From positions 1,460,627 through 1,524,626 of the forward strand of contig MU004230.1 in the NCBI GenBank assembly GCA_010405405.1: DNA of 64,000 nt, given 5' to 3'. The position numbers and the translations under genes were made by a program. Below are positions 10,301 through 20,279 of the stretch, one piece after another (positions within the stretch are counted from its first letter, which is position 1; every line of letters begins with the position of its first letter). The notes beneath the pieces are model-generated. The model was given only the letters and a program-made list of their open reading frames with translations, was not told where the DNA came from and searched no databases. Origin of the DNA: Microthyrium microscopicum. Taxonomy: Eukaryota.

Positions 10301-12206
10301 CTTCGCGGACTTTACCCAGCTGCTCGCCATCAGCTGAAGCACTACTACGTTCATAGGCAGGTGCTGTCCGCGTTTCAGCGAACAGCCCACTATCATCCTC
10401 GCGTCGTGACAGATCAACGTGCTCCTCAAGCTCCTCAGCAGGTCGCACAAATAGCGTCTTGCCTACACGGCTCATCTTGACCTGGCCCGCAACGGGATCC
10501 ACATACTCAGCTGGCACTTCCTCCAGCTCAGCAGGTGGTGGTGGCAGAAGGTCAAGCGGCTGTTTGAAGAGTCGTAGTGTTGGCGCGGCATCGTAGCGTG
10601 ATTTGGAGTCTATGGTGACAATCATAACGCTTCCGCGCCATACTTCTCGCTGCCGACCTGCTGTGCTACGCGCTGAGCGGGCAGTATCACGGTATATGCC
10701 GCGAAATCGTAGCAGAGGTCCGCATTTGAGGTAGATGGGTGGGCGGAAGTACGTCTGACCAGTACGTGGGTCGATGTTGGCTTCGTAAGTTTTTGTGGGC
10801 GTTTGCTGAGCGCTTGGCGCTTTGGCGCTGCCAGCGCTGGCACGGCGGTCGCTTTCGCTCTTTTCCCACCAGGCGCGTTCGTCGGCTGCTGAGCCAGGGA
10901 CTGTAGCGGGCTGTTTAGGAGGCGGTTTCAGATCGAGGTCTTCAGCTACGAGGGCGGCGGTGCCAACCTTTTGCCAGTCACTTGTAGTGAAGCCGGGGGC
11001 ATAGCGGCGATGTTCGTCATTCGGGTTCCGGTGGAAAACATGTGGGAGATGGAAGCCATGCTGAGGTGGTGCTGGTTCCGCAGCGGTATCGAGACCGGAG
11101 GAGTTGAGTCGTGTGCCTTGTCGAGTGCTGTCGATTGGACTGGCTTTTGCCATTGGCGGTGTATGATACACTGAGTTGGCCAGCGGAGAAGAGTTCATTG
11201 CATCACTCGGCGCTCGCTGCGAACTCACAGGCATTACTGGTGGCGATTTAGGGCTATATGCCTCTGCAGACGCTCGTCGAGCTTGCGGTGGTTCCTTCGT
11301 CAGCCGCTTGCTACTCCGTCTTTCTGCTGGTTGTGTGTTCTCAAACTGCACTTCCTTCGCTCGTTCTCGCTCTTTAGCTCTTGAGGCCGCTGCCAATACA
11401 CCAGTTCCCAGCGCGCCTTTCTGGCTGGCACTCAAGCTCCGGGACCGTCGTGCATCCTCATCCATCTGTGCTCCTCCATAAGTCATACCAAGCCCACGAT
11501 CCTGCCCGCTCGCCCGACGGTGTTCGCTGATCGCCGCACTTGCGCCTTGATGGTATTCAGCAACGCTTCCCCGCGTGTTACTAGATGGTTTGCGATCCTC
11601 GCCAATAGGTGGGCGTGGCATTAGATTTGATGTTGCGCGCTGGCCGGCCGAGTCGCGACGACTGCTGCCATTCGCTAGCGCACGCTCCATTGACTCTACA
11701 CGAGCGCGCTTCTCAAGTTTCTGTAGCGGACTCCGATCTGGCACAGAGCCGCGACGATCGGTGGCCAACGGTTGGTTCAGGTCGGTATGCACGGTTGGAC
11801 GCTGAGGCGCGGGTGGCAGGCGCTCTCCAGGCCGGAACTTGCCTTGCTGTTCTGGATTTGAGACTGCTCTGCGATCGCTCTGGGAGCCTGCGCGCAAATG
11901 GGAAGGTACACGGACTGTTTGAGCAGTTGGCTCGTAGGGACGGGGATTGTTTGCTGAGAGGCCTGGTGGGTAGGCTTGCTGGCGGGATGACTGACGGCGG
12001 TGGTGAGAACCAGTGTTCGAGCCGATCTGGGGTTGTATAGGCTGCTGTGCCTGGCGTTGAGCTTCCATTTGTGCATGGTGCTGTCTTCCTAGATTGCCTG
12101 TCATAGCTGCTTGATGTAGGAACGGGTCGTAGTCGGGAATGACTGGGGAGTCGTGGATTGTGGAAGTTGGGTCTTGAGGCGGTCTTTCACGCCGTCGGAC
12201 GGACAT
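7392..12206 (-). CDS. PhoD-like metallophosphatase domain protein with long disordered N- and C-terminal regions (1604 aa)
   Basis: Single long ORF with PhoD-type motifs FHSCNG, GGDQIYMD, WDDHD, LDCRTER, DDHW and GGDVH. Confidence 0.85.
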   Translation of the reverse strand: MSVRRRERPPQDPTSTIHDSPVIPDYDPFLHQAAMTGNLGRQHHAQMEAQRQAQQPIQPQIGSNTGSHHRRQSSRQQAYPPGLSANNPRPYEPTAQTVRVPSHLRAGSQSDRRAVSNPEQQGKFRPGERLPPAPQRPTVHTDLNQPLATDRRGSVPDRSPLQKLEKRARVESMERALANGSSRRDSAGQRATSNLMPRPPIGEDRKPSSNTRGSVAEYHQGASAAISEHRRASGQDRGLGMTYGGAQMDEDARRSRSLSASQKGALGTGVLAAASRAKERERAKEVQFENTQPAERRSSKRLTKEPPQARRASAEAYSPKSPPVMPVSSQRAPSDAMNSSPLANSVYHTPPMAKASPIDSTRQGTRLNSSGLDTAAEPAPPQHGFHLPHVFHRNPNDEHRRYAPGFTTSDWQKVGTAALVAEDLDLKPPPKQPATVPGSAADERAWWEKSESDRRASAGSAKAPSAQQTPTKTYEANIDPRTGQTYFRPPIYLKCGPLLRFRGIYRDTARSARSTAGRQREVWRGSVMIVTIDSKSRYDAAPTLRLFKQPLDLLPPPPAELEEVPAEYVDPVAGQVKMSRVGKTLFVRPAEELEEHVDLSRREDDSGLFAETRTAPAYERSSASADGEQLGKVREVRGERLYAERGVTFWKFNIEVELGAIQQRIAYRINRGPAMGFYVPGRGENMNIMFHSCNGFSLAIDSNEFGGPDPLWRDVLNSHQTRPFHVMLGGGDQIYMDAATRQTTLFKQWTELKNPHHKNHAPFTREMQEELEVFYLNRYAMWFSAGFFGMANSQIPMVNIWDDHDIMDGFGSYPDHTMSSPVFTGVGAVAFKYYMLFQHQTIPEETEAQEPSWLLGAQPGPYIHQKSRSVFMNLGPSVAFLGLDCRTERARDEIISADTWERVFDRLERDLVKGETKHLVVLLGVPIAYPRLNFLENVLTSRAMDPLKMIGRTGMLGGFVNKFDGGVEILDDLDDHWTAKHHKDERNWFVQELQRVAAVKSVRVTLLGGDVHLAAVGQFFSPRKMGIPKDRDHRYMPNICSSAIVNSPPGDMLADVLNKRNKVHHLDELTDEDMIAMFPTDVDGKPRNNKRLLPRRNWCSIREYLPSDTPPPSPNPGDMPPTPYSNSIATSQASDASLPRSRRSSFSSMRGAITRRLSGRKTKAPPIAYYNNPDHKQPPHRRTTSADAILARPGSNDGSYFPNASTENAPGRRSISSTTGSARPNTFQRRPTDLSVHAAGPIDLEGGLDVRLNVENARGDPAGTTTDYRLLVPALVFTGEVPRPLTPNRRKRRWSLFGKRESRRPSMSDSGSASGSEADAHNPPPRGVQSSTLGGWADGHGHGQAQSQAGDDASMHDIGVVGHTPSLNRNPSLSRPAQRSASGPANPNGPANPNISHNSNQASGARNGGLSRKPVPGPQEHHHPPNHSHSRSISQPLGRTGTGSSYPPPTSASPKPRQASASAAPQPPTYPSQNRPPRHQHRGDPYADDYAEADTYDQDAYMDPAAAEHAYYADSIGSEADTDAGITVLPGRRGTQQQQGGRVSDGDFSYGRSRGDPHDDRVYGGRDDGRGKIGEDGYYEAESPGVGGSGGGRRKSGWKFWRKG

Positions 12207-13786
12207 GTTGCTGAGATAATCCGTGATGAACGAAGGTATAGTGGGCGCGAGGCGAAGGTAGAAGTTTATAGGACGACAAACGGTATGCGAGGTTTAACTG
12301 GAGGCTGGTTAGCTTTAGGCTCGAGATGCAGGTAGAGGGATGCGCACCAGCTATCAAGCTTCGTACCTTTAATGTCTCGGTCGGTGAAGGGATAGCAATA
12401 ACGAGAGACACTGAAAGTTCCTATTCCCAGAGCTGTGCTCTTGTTGTAGCTTTTGTACCTCTCTCGCGTGTTTTTGGGGTTGTTGGGCTATTAGTGTCTA
12501 CTGCCAGCCACTCTACTCGAGGCCGACTGAAATAAGCTCGAACCACCAGTTCACAGCTCTCTGGCAACGAGAGATCCCAAATTAACAGAAATTGGCAGAA
12601 GCCAGACAGCTCAGAAATGGAGGTGGAGGGTTTGGCGAGCTGAAGTGCGGAGAGATTTGAAAAGCGGAGGGAGTGGAGCTGTCAGAAGCAGAGGTTGAGT
12701 CTGACAATGGACTTTGTGCAACTTTTAACAGTATGAAGTCCAAGTAGACGAATCAAATGCAGATACAGTTCTCAAAGTCCAACATGTGTATCACCCAGCC
12801 TCCTGGAGTTCGGTAGAGCAGCCCAAAAGTTCAAAGCGTGGGAATCAAAGACAAGAAAAAAGCAAAATCACCACTAAACCTCAACGCCATAAAAAAAGGT
12901 TGGAAACTGTAGAATTCTTGATTCCCATAAATGATTGTTTTCACTTTTCACAGCAAGTTCATGAACTACGACCCCCGTCTACTACAGGTCTAATTCCAGG
13001 TTTCCAACAGGTATTACCCGTCTGCCCGTTCTCCAACAAACCGGGCCCCCATGCTTCGGATTCTCCCAGTCTTTCTACGGTGTAGAATGGCCAATGAATA
13101 CTTCGCTAAATCCTTCTGTGAACCGTAACACGACAAATTCCTTGTCCGTCGGCCATGCGTTTGCTTCCTCGGGAAAAGCGCCACTGTTCTGCGTGCTCGA
13201 GGCGGAAAACTGCCAAAAGTGCAGCAGGTGGCTGGTCTCGCGTGCGGCAATGTCTGCAGACTGCGACCCAGTTCTAGTGGCCGTTTACTGCCAGCCGCCT
13301 TGCTTGATTGTTGCGTAAACTTGCGTTTGGAAAGGGAGAGTGCATGATGCTAGGGTGCAGTAATTTTAGATAGTTTAATGCAGTAGTTGGGATTTCATTT
13401 CGGGTGTTGTATTACGATTTACATGACAGTGGTTGTTGGTTGGTTGGCTGACAAGTGACAACGAACGCTTACCCATGTGCTCCTGTTCATGATATCAATT
13501 GATAGCTCGTAGACCAGAAGGTAGCCTATAATGAATTGGTTCCAACTAGTCTTGCGCGTTTCTGTATATCATGTTGCTTTTATCTGACAGTTCTGGAACA
13601 TCTACGGTGAGCGTCTGAAATGCTTTCAAGAACCACAGTGCATTGAGTCAATCAGAGTCTGCATCAATTCATTTCAAGTAATGGATTATCAATATGCACT
13701 TGACAAATGGTCCTACAAGTGCTAAACACCCCAAAAACACACAATTAATACTATACAACAGTGTACTTTTCCTTCTCTTTTTCCAT

Positions 13787-15694
13787 CTACCAGGCATTCA
13801 CGTCAAAGTATTCCTATAGAGTCGTTAGTTTGCAATTATCATCCACAATTGTTGTAAGACTTACCTCGCCAAAATATGTAACCACCACCGTCCGATCAGC
13901 AAACTTGCGACCAGCCAACGACGTCAACGCCTTGCCCGCCGCTTCCATCGTCTCAAACTTCACAAAGATCTTGCCCACTCCTGGATTAAGGCGCGTGCCA
14001 GTTGGTCGCGGTATCTTGACATCCTCTACACCACCAAACTTTCCGCACTCTTCTTTGACATCTTCCATGATTTCGAGATATTCATCGTTGTCCATGAGTT
14101 CGTCGGCTGTAACCATGTTGAGAAGTTGCAGGACGCGGCCTTCTCGAAGGTCGTCGGAGCGTGTGCCAGCCATGAGAGACATGGCATTGACGCTCATTTC
14201 GACACCGGTGACTTGTTGGACGCCGACAGAAGCAAGTTGGACACGGAGCTTTTCGGCGCCAAGAGTCATGCCGTTAAGACTTTCGACAGCGATGGTGGTG
14301 GTTGCGGGGTCAGCATATTCGCAGAAAGCGATACCCTGGAGATATATTAGTAAGTTCAGAGTACATGGGACGGTTAACTTACTCGTGATTGTTCTGTGCT
14401 TGTATCTTTGACGAGAACCAGTCCCTTGAGTGCGCCAAAAGCTGTCAGCAGGTCGGTGAGTTGGGCTTCGTCAATGTAGACAGGGACGTGTGATATCGAG
14501 ATTTTGTTGGGCGAGTCCTTGACACTGTTGGAAATAAGTCCTTCCATCTGTTCACTGTCGTCGATGCCAGGCGCGATGTAATCTTGAGGGCGCTTGATTT
14601 TAAGTCCTTTGGAACTGCCATTTGCCGCACCATTTGATTCATCGGACGCTTCCATGTCTGTTCCATCAAATACTAGAGCAACAGTAGCATCTTCAGGTTG
14701 TCGGAATTCCACCATGCCATAATGACGATCCTTGGAAATCATACCAGATAGACATGGGTCGTGACCTTGGATGACATTCATGCCATTGAGTTGAAGATTG
14801 AAGAACTCCACTAAGCTCTCATCGGTAGCACTTTTGGGAATGTTATAAATGAAGAGGCGCTTTGACTGTCGCGCATTTGAAGGTTTGAGAGCAGCTGCAC
14901 TGGCTGCCTGATCTGGCTGATTCATGAAAGCTTGGAGCTTCGTAGGATCCATAACTTGTTGACGCGGTGCACCAGGAAGTGGAAACATGCCGGACAGCTT
15001 GGCCTGTTCTGCAGTGACATTCTCGTAGCCCACTGGCTTGATATCCCATTGTGTCATCCGTCTCTTCTTGTCGAGGACAGACACAATATCAGTCAGATCT
15101 GGTGTAGGTTCCTTCTTCTTAGGCGGTGGTGATGCACTACGTTTGCGCTCGCCCTGTCCAGGTCCTCCCGGAGGTCCTCTACCACCGCCACGCTCTCGTC
15201 GGTCGTTGCCATGATCCCGTCTTCTATCGTGATCCCGTCGGTCGCCTCTATCGCCGCCGCCAGCTCCACGGTCATCACGTCTTGCTCCACGATCTCGGTC
15301 CCAGCCTCCACGCTCCTGGCCCCGGTCAGCTCCTCTATCGCTTCCTCGGTAACGCTCTTCCCGTTCACGTTCCCTATTGTTGCGACTGGATGAGTAGGTA
15401 TCGACTTCGTAGTCTCGTTCGCGACGACTGCTGCGGTGTTCAGGCGAGCGTGAGCGTCTTCGTTCGCGATGTCCACGGTCTCGATCTCGACGTTCATCGC
15501 GCTAGATATTTGTTAGCCTGAGGATTTCTCTACTTGTGGAAACGACTTGCATATCCTCCGTCGCGACGAGAGCCTCCTCCATGTCGATCATCTAAAATCA
15601 TGGTTAGTGGTTCCGGTGACAAGGTCTTGGACGGCGACCTTGTCGTACCTCTTCCTCGAGCTCCTCCACCTCCTGCACGCTCATCTCCGTTCAT
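13787..15694 (-). CDS. U2AF2: Splicing factor U2AF large subunit (U2AF65): RD/RS-rich N-terminus, ULM, two RRMs, UHM
   Basis: Exons 15694-15649, 15591-15551, 15501-14383, 14335-13865, 13813-13787. Motifs KKRRMTQWDIKPVGYE, RQSKRLFIYNIP, GIAFCEY, VLQLLNMVT...DVKEECGKFG, GRKFADRTVV. Intron 2 has a GC donor. Confidence 0.93.
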
Positions 15695-15943
15695 GTCTTG
15701 TTGAATTGTTGAATTGTTGACTTCGACGGGTATTTATCTTTTAATAACAAGAAGAGCGGTATGAAAAGAGGAGGACAATTGGGATGCGCGATGGTAGATA
15801 ATTGAAGAGGGTCGAGGTTGTGAATCTTTTGCTGTTGCTTCCTGCTTGTTCCAAACACTTTCTGATCTTTTGGCGCTAGTCTCAAGCTCAGACCCTGGTG
15901 GATCAAAGTTACTCCGCTCTCTGCCAAGGCCCCATTAAAGCCT

Positions 15944-16003
15944 AACGCGCAAGCACGTGGTTTTCGCGATTGTCAACGCGTCTAGCGCCAGATCAAGTCG
16001 CGT
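15944..16003. promoter_or_regulatory. Cluster of MCB/SCB-like CGCG elements plus a CACGTG box in the U2AF65/OGG1 divergent promoter
   Basis: AACGCGC 15944, CACGTG 15954, TTTCGCG 15962, ACGCGT 15976, TCGCGT 15998. Confidence 0.45.
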
Positions 16004-16089
16004 CTTGCCACTTACTTCCTTTTCGAGATTTCAAGATCTTGACATTGGAATTTCTCATTCTACCTCTTGTTACCGTTTTCTTTAATAAA

Positions 16090-17317
16090 ATGATTGCAAT
16101 GGAGGCCTGGAAAAAGCTCCCAGTCAGCTTAACTGAGTTGTGTATAGACACCACACTACGATGCGGCCAGTCCTTCAGGTATGTACGTCTTTCCCCTATG
16201 CAAGCCATACTTCTAACCACCATGTAGATGGAGACAATTGACTCCAAATGAATGGTCTATGACCCTCCACGGTCGTATTCTAAGCTTCAAACAAGACGAA
16301 TCTCACCTCCACTATCGCGCTATTTTCCCTGCAGCTGCTCTACCAACGCCTCCATCATCCGATGCTAACGACTCGGACGACACCCTCGCTCTCGTCAAGC
16401 ACTACTTCAACCTCAAGCCAAATCTCAGCGCTCTATACGCAAACTGGGCTGCATCTGATACCAACTTTCGCGCCAAAGCACCCCGCTTTACCGGCGTCCG
16501 CATACTCCAGCAAGATGCTTGGGAAGCTTTGCTAGGCTTCATATGTTCGTCTAACAATAACATTTCCCGCATCTCTCAGATGGTTCACAACCTCTGTCGG
16601 CACTATGGGCCATTCCTAGGCCATTTAGGCGATGAGCCAATGCATGATTTCCCAACCCCGGCAGAACTCGCAGTACCCGGTGTCGAGCAACGACTCCGCG
16701 AGCTTGGTTTCGGGTACCGCGCAAAATATATCGCACGCACTGCACAAATGGTTCACGAGCGTGGGCTGCCTTGGCTAAATGGGCTACGCAATCCTGCGCC
16801 CCCATGTACATCTATATCTGAAGCCGTAGAAGCGGGTGGGCGCCCTGGCTACCGCGAAGCACATGCTGCGCTCTTAGAACTGCAGGGCGTAGGGCCCAAA
16901 GTAGCAGACTGCGTATGTCTGATGGGTTTAGGCTGGGGTGAGGCAGTGCCGGTGGACACACATGTGTGGCAAATTGCGGTGCGGGACTACAAGTTTGGCA
17001 AAGGAAAGCAGACGAGTTTGACAAAGGCGACGTATGATGCTGTGGCAGACAAGTTTCGCGCGCTTTGGGGGATGGAAGCCGGGTGGGCGCAGAGCGTGCT
17101 GTTTACGGCGAATCTGAGGGCCTTCAAGGGGCAGTTGATGAAGAAAGAGGAGGTTGTTCAGGAAGAGACGGTGGTGAAAGTTGAGGATGGAGGGGGGAAG
17201 ATTATGGTGAAGACGGAGAAGAGGCGAGTGAAGCGAGAACTCGAGGATGAGGGAATTGTTGACGTCAAGATTGAGACGAGTACCATCACGAGGACTAAGA
17301 GACGGAGAAGGAATTAA
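16090..17317 (+). CDS. OGG1: 8-oxoguanine DNA glycosylase/AP lyase
   Basis: Exons 16090-16178 and 16228-17317. TLRCGQSFRW across the splice, FICSSNNNISRI, LGFGYRAKY, HhH-GPD motif LQGVGPKVADCV...PVDTHV, AGWAQSVLF, basic C-terminal NLS-like tail. Confidence 0.95.
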
Positions 17318-17387
17318 GATGAAAAAGATGAAAGCCCCTTGCAAAAGAGTGCAAATATGCTCTATTCTAATCGAAGGGTCGACCAAT

Positions 17388-19412
17388 CTATCCCAAAATC
17401 AAATCGACCGGCCTTGAATCACAACTTTCCCACACGTCTTTGGCTATACGCCCTGCGGCCCTTCTATAAGCAACATCTCCCTTGCGCTCAATCCACAGAA
17501 CATTATAGAAGTGATATTCCGTACCGTTTCTGGGACGCTCCTTGCAACGCCATTCCACCAAGCCGTGGACTTCGTGCGCTGGCTCCTTTTCTGGGCCATG
17601 ACCGACCGAGACTGCGACAAGCTCGATACTCCTGCCAACATCTTTGGCATCTTCCCTTTGGTGGAGACGTACGACTCCACTCCATTTCCCAGACTCGTCT
17701 CGAATTTCATACCACGGTCCAATCCATTCGATATCTTCCTCATCTTCCCATGAGGTAGCGCCAAGTTGAAAAATAGCACTTTGAGTCTTACAAAACAGCA
17801 TTGAAGGCTCTCGAGAGAGTGAGAAGTCTTCATTTTTGAGCTGAGGACTGTCCCGAAGTGGCAACTTTGGGGAATCCAGACCAGTCATCGTATACCAGTC
17901 TACTAGGTTGCCAACGTGTAAACTATGTAGCTCCATAACTTCCGGGTCGAGCAGTCGCTTTCCATTGTACTTGACATTCATTTTACCCGCCCAACCCATC
18001 CACGACCAACTAGGAGGGCTATTTTCTTCTTTCTCTGCTTTCCTACGGTAAACATCCAGTTCCAGCGGAACCCAGGCCATCATCTCATCGAAGAATCCGA
18101 CCGACATCCCGTTTATGAAGCCTTCTGGATATACTCGTCCAAGAACACGCTGATAACCACAGAAGGCTGGAAATGCGTCCTCATTTCGCCCAAGCTTCCG
18201 CTTGCAGTAGTCATTGATGATGTCGTTGAGCTCATAAAGGCCTGGGTTTGGTAGATCCTCCACAATAACAGGCTTTTCTCTGGCCGGCTTGTGCCGGGCG
18301 TCTTCACAATGACCACCGTCGCGACACTCCCATCGTACGCTATCGTCCTCGAAAATCAAACGTCTACGTCCGAACCTGTACTCCTGAAAGGTCCATCCAC
18401 GGGAGGAATATACGTTGGACCGAGTGGTATTCAGGGCAATGTCAAGCAGAGTAGATCTCATAAGCCGTTCCCCGCTGATAGTCACGACCTCTTGATTCCA
18501 TGACCGGGGCCTAGTGAACGGAAACCCATGTAATCCGTAGCCTGCATTACTTCCTTGACCAGCGATGATGGTCAGGCACGCTGAAGCATAGATCTCCGCC
18601 ATCTTTGGCAATTCAATGCTCTTCATAACATTATCATCTTGCATAACGCACAGAGAATCGACCCAAAGGTAGCGCTCTCCAAGTACCCGAGTCAGCTCTA
18701 TGGCGTCTCTGATGGTAGCTGGCAGCTTGTCGCCATATTCTGTTCCTATCGATAGTGCTCCTGGCTTTCGAAGTGCTTCAGATATGCCTTTTTCGTTGCG
18801 GAACCAGTATGGTTCACCCGGTTCTGGAACGCCCCAGCAATAACTTAATGCAACAAAGTCTCCCTCCGATTTGCTGGAATCGACTATGCAGCGCTCTCGG
18901 ACATCAATCAAAAGCAATGGTCGGACTGGGTCGCCTTTCGTCAGGCTACGCTGAAACCGACACTGCTCATGATCTCTCTCGCATTGCAGTTTCCAGCGTT
19001 CAAGCAACGTTATGTCAATGAAATTCTCATCGACGAGAATTCCTAGTCCGTGATGGTCCAGTTCGTCCTCGCGATACACTATTTGCTGGTCTAGCTTCAA
19101 GGCGAATTCTACGCCATTATTGACAATGAGGAAGTCTATCGTGGTCCTTTGAGGAAACTTGTAAATTATAAGCATTCTCGTGTCGTCTGTTCTTTGTCCA
19201 AATGGCGGATCTTCGTTCCCTTCATCCTGTAATTTTTGATCGAACTTGATCAACGCTGGAAGGAGCAAGGGCGTGTGATCTGGACAAGCGTTTGAGACTG
19301 GTAGGACTTCAGATACCGGACCTAATTCTAACCTGTGTTGTTCTTCCTCAGAAAGTAGAAATGTGTCTAGGATTTGGGTACAATGTTTGCAACTTAGGGA
19401 TAGGTGCTCCAT
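17388..19412 (-). CDS. Heterokaryon incompatibility (HET) domain protein, tol-like
   Basis: Intronless ORF, first ATG at 19412. HET blocks FVALSYCWG, LPATIRDAI, YLWVDSLCVMQDD, MAEIYASA, SRGWTFQE; downstream PSWSWMGW and AYRRAAGRI. Confidence 0.9.
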   Translation of the reverse strand: MEHLSLSCKHCTQILDTFLLSEEEQHRLELGPVSEVLPVSNACPDHTPLLLPALIKFDQKLQDEGNEDPPFGQRTDDTRMLIIYKFPQRTTIDFLIVNNGVEFALKLDQQIVYREDELDHHGLGILVDENFIDITLLERWKLQCERDHEQCRFQRSLTKGDPVRPLLLIDVRERCIVDSSKSEGDFVALSYCWGVPEPGEPYWFRNEKGISEALRKPGALSIGTEYGDKLPATIRDAIELTRVLGERYLWVDSLCVMQDDNVMKSIELPKMAEIYASACLTIIAGQGSNAGYGLHGFPFTRPRSWNQEVVTISGERLMRSTLLDIALNTTRSNVYSSRGWTFQEYRFGRRRLIFEDDSVRWECRDGGHCEDARHKPAREKPVIVEDLPNPGLYELNDIINDYCKRKLGRNEDAFPAFCGYQRVLGRVYPEGFINGMSVGFFDEMMAWVPLELDVYRRKAEKEENSPPSWSWMGWAGKMNVKYNGKRLLDPEVMELHSLHVGNLVDWYTMTGLDSPKLPLRDSPQLKNEDFSLSREPSMLFCKTQSAIFQLGATSWEDEEDIEWIGPWYEIRDESGKWSGVVRLHQREDAKDVGRSIELVAVSVGHGPEKEPAHEVHGLVEWRCKERPRNGTEYHFYNVLWIERKGDVAYRRAAGRIAKDVWESCDSRPVDLILG

Positions 19413-20023
19413 AATTGGCGCCGTCACTGCTTTCCATTCAGTTCAAACTAACTTCGATCCGTCGGTAGCACTCAGTTTGATGTTGACCTGAAAACAGAGA
19501 TATGTCGTTGGCAAATATACCACGACGTGAAGCAACAAATAGTACTCAATCCCATCAAGGAGCTATCCGCTAATATACTTCGTCCAATCCGAGACCATTC
19601 GCCAATAACCCTAGTATTACCAGGTATAACGATCGCCGAAACGACGCCGGCCCTAGACTTTATATGCCTTAAACAGACAGCGGATTCTTAGCCACAGTCC
19701 ACGGAATCTAATTATATTTGAGACTACTCCAGTAGTGCCTTGCAATCATGGCTGTGCCTCGATCCAACCTTCCCCAGCTGTGATATCATGTCCCATCCTC
19801 CAGCATCACTGGGTCTTCTCCACATCCTTAAATCCTACCACCAGGCTCAATCGTCTATTTTCAGCACAGCCTCGATCCCACTCAGTCTCTCCTTAGATAT
19901 GCAGTCTGGTCACTCATTATATAGCACATAGCTGTGATGGGTCTTCTTCATCTTGTTTTCAGCGGTACAGTCTTAGTCCTTTTAAATCAATACCTAACAT
20001 ACCGATCCCGCGCCTCAAATCCA

Positions 20024-20279
20024 ATGTACTCTCTTCGCTTCTTCCTTCTCATGATACTTGGAATGCTTGGATCTGGGGCTATAGCGATTCCCCCAGCATC
20101 AGATCCAGTAAGATTTCATTGTTTTTCTTCGTTCCTGAGAACTAATTTGTTCATAGTACTGTATAGGGCTAGATCAATGCCGGGACGGCAATAAGCTAGG
20201 CACTTGTATCAGAACAAAATGTTCATCAAAGGGTGGCGGTTGCTCGATTGTTAGGCCCGGCCAAGCTCGGTGCTGGTAG
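20024..20279 (+). CDS. Small secreted cysteine-rich peptide (68 aa, 6 Cys); effector or antimicrobial peptide candidate
   Basis: Exon 1 20024-20107 encodes MYSLRFFLLMILGMLGSGAIAIPPASDP. Intron 20108-20156 (GTAAGA...ACTAAT...CATAG, phase 0). Exon 2 20157-20279 encodes YCIGLDQCRDGNKLGTCIRTKCSSKGGGCSIVRPGQARCW*. TATA-like TATATA near 19918. Confidence 0.8.

Noticed and set aside
7577..12040. Many 60-260 aa ORFs overlapping or antisense to the PhoD-like gene (likewise within RAX2, SLA1 and NBR1)
   Set aside because: Shadow ORFs expected from GC-rich coding sequence; no recognisable motifs.
12950..13350. GC-richer intergenic patch considered as an ncRNA (RNase P/MRP, snRNA) or a gene relic
   Set aside because: No diagnostic RNA motifs found; one minus-strand frame looks vaguely protein-like but has stops and no recognisable family.
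15970..16089. In-frame TTG upstream extension of OGG1 as a mitochondrial presequence
   Set aside because: It contains acidic residues, overlaps probable promoter elements and lacks the presequence composition seen for TRR1.
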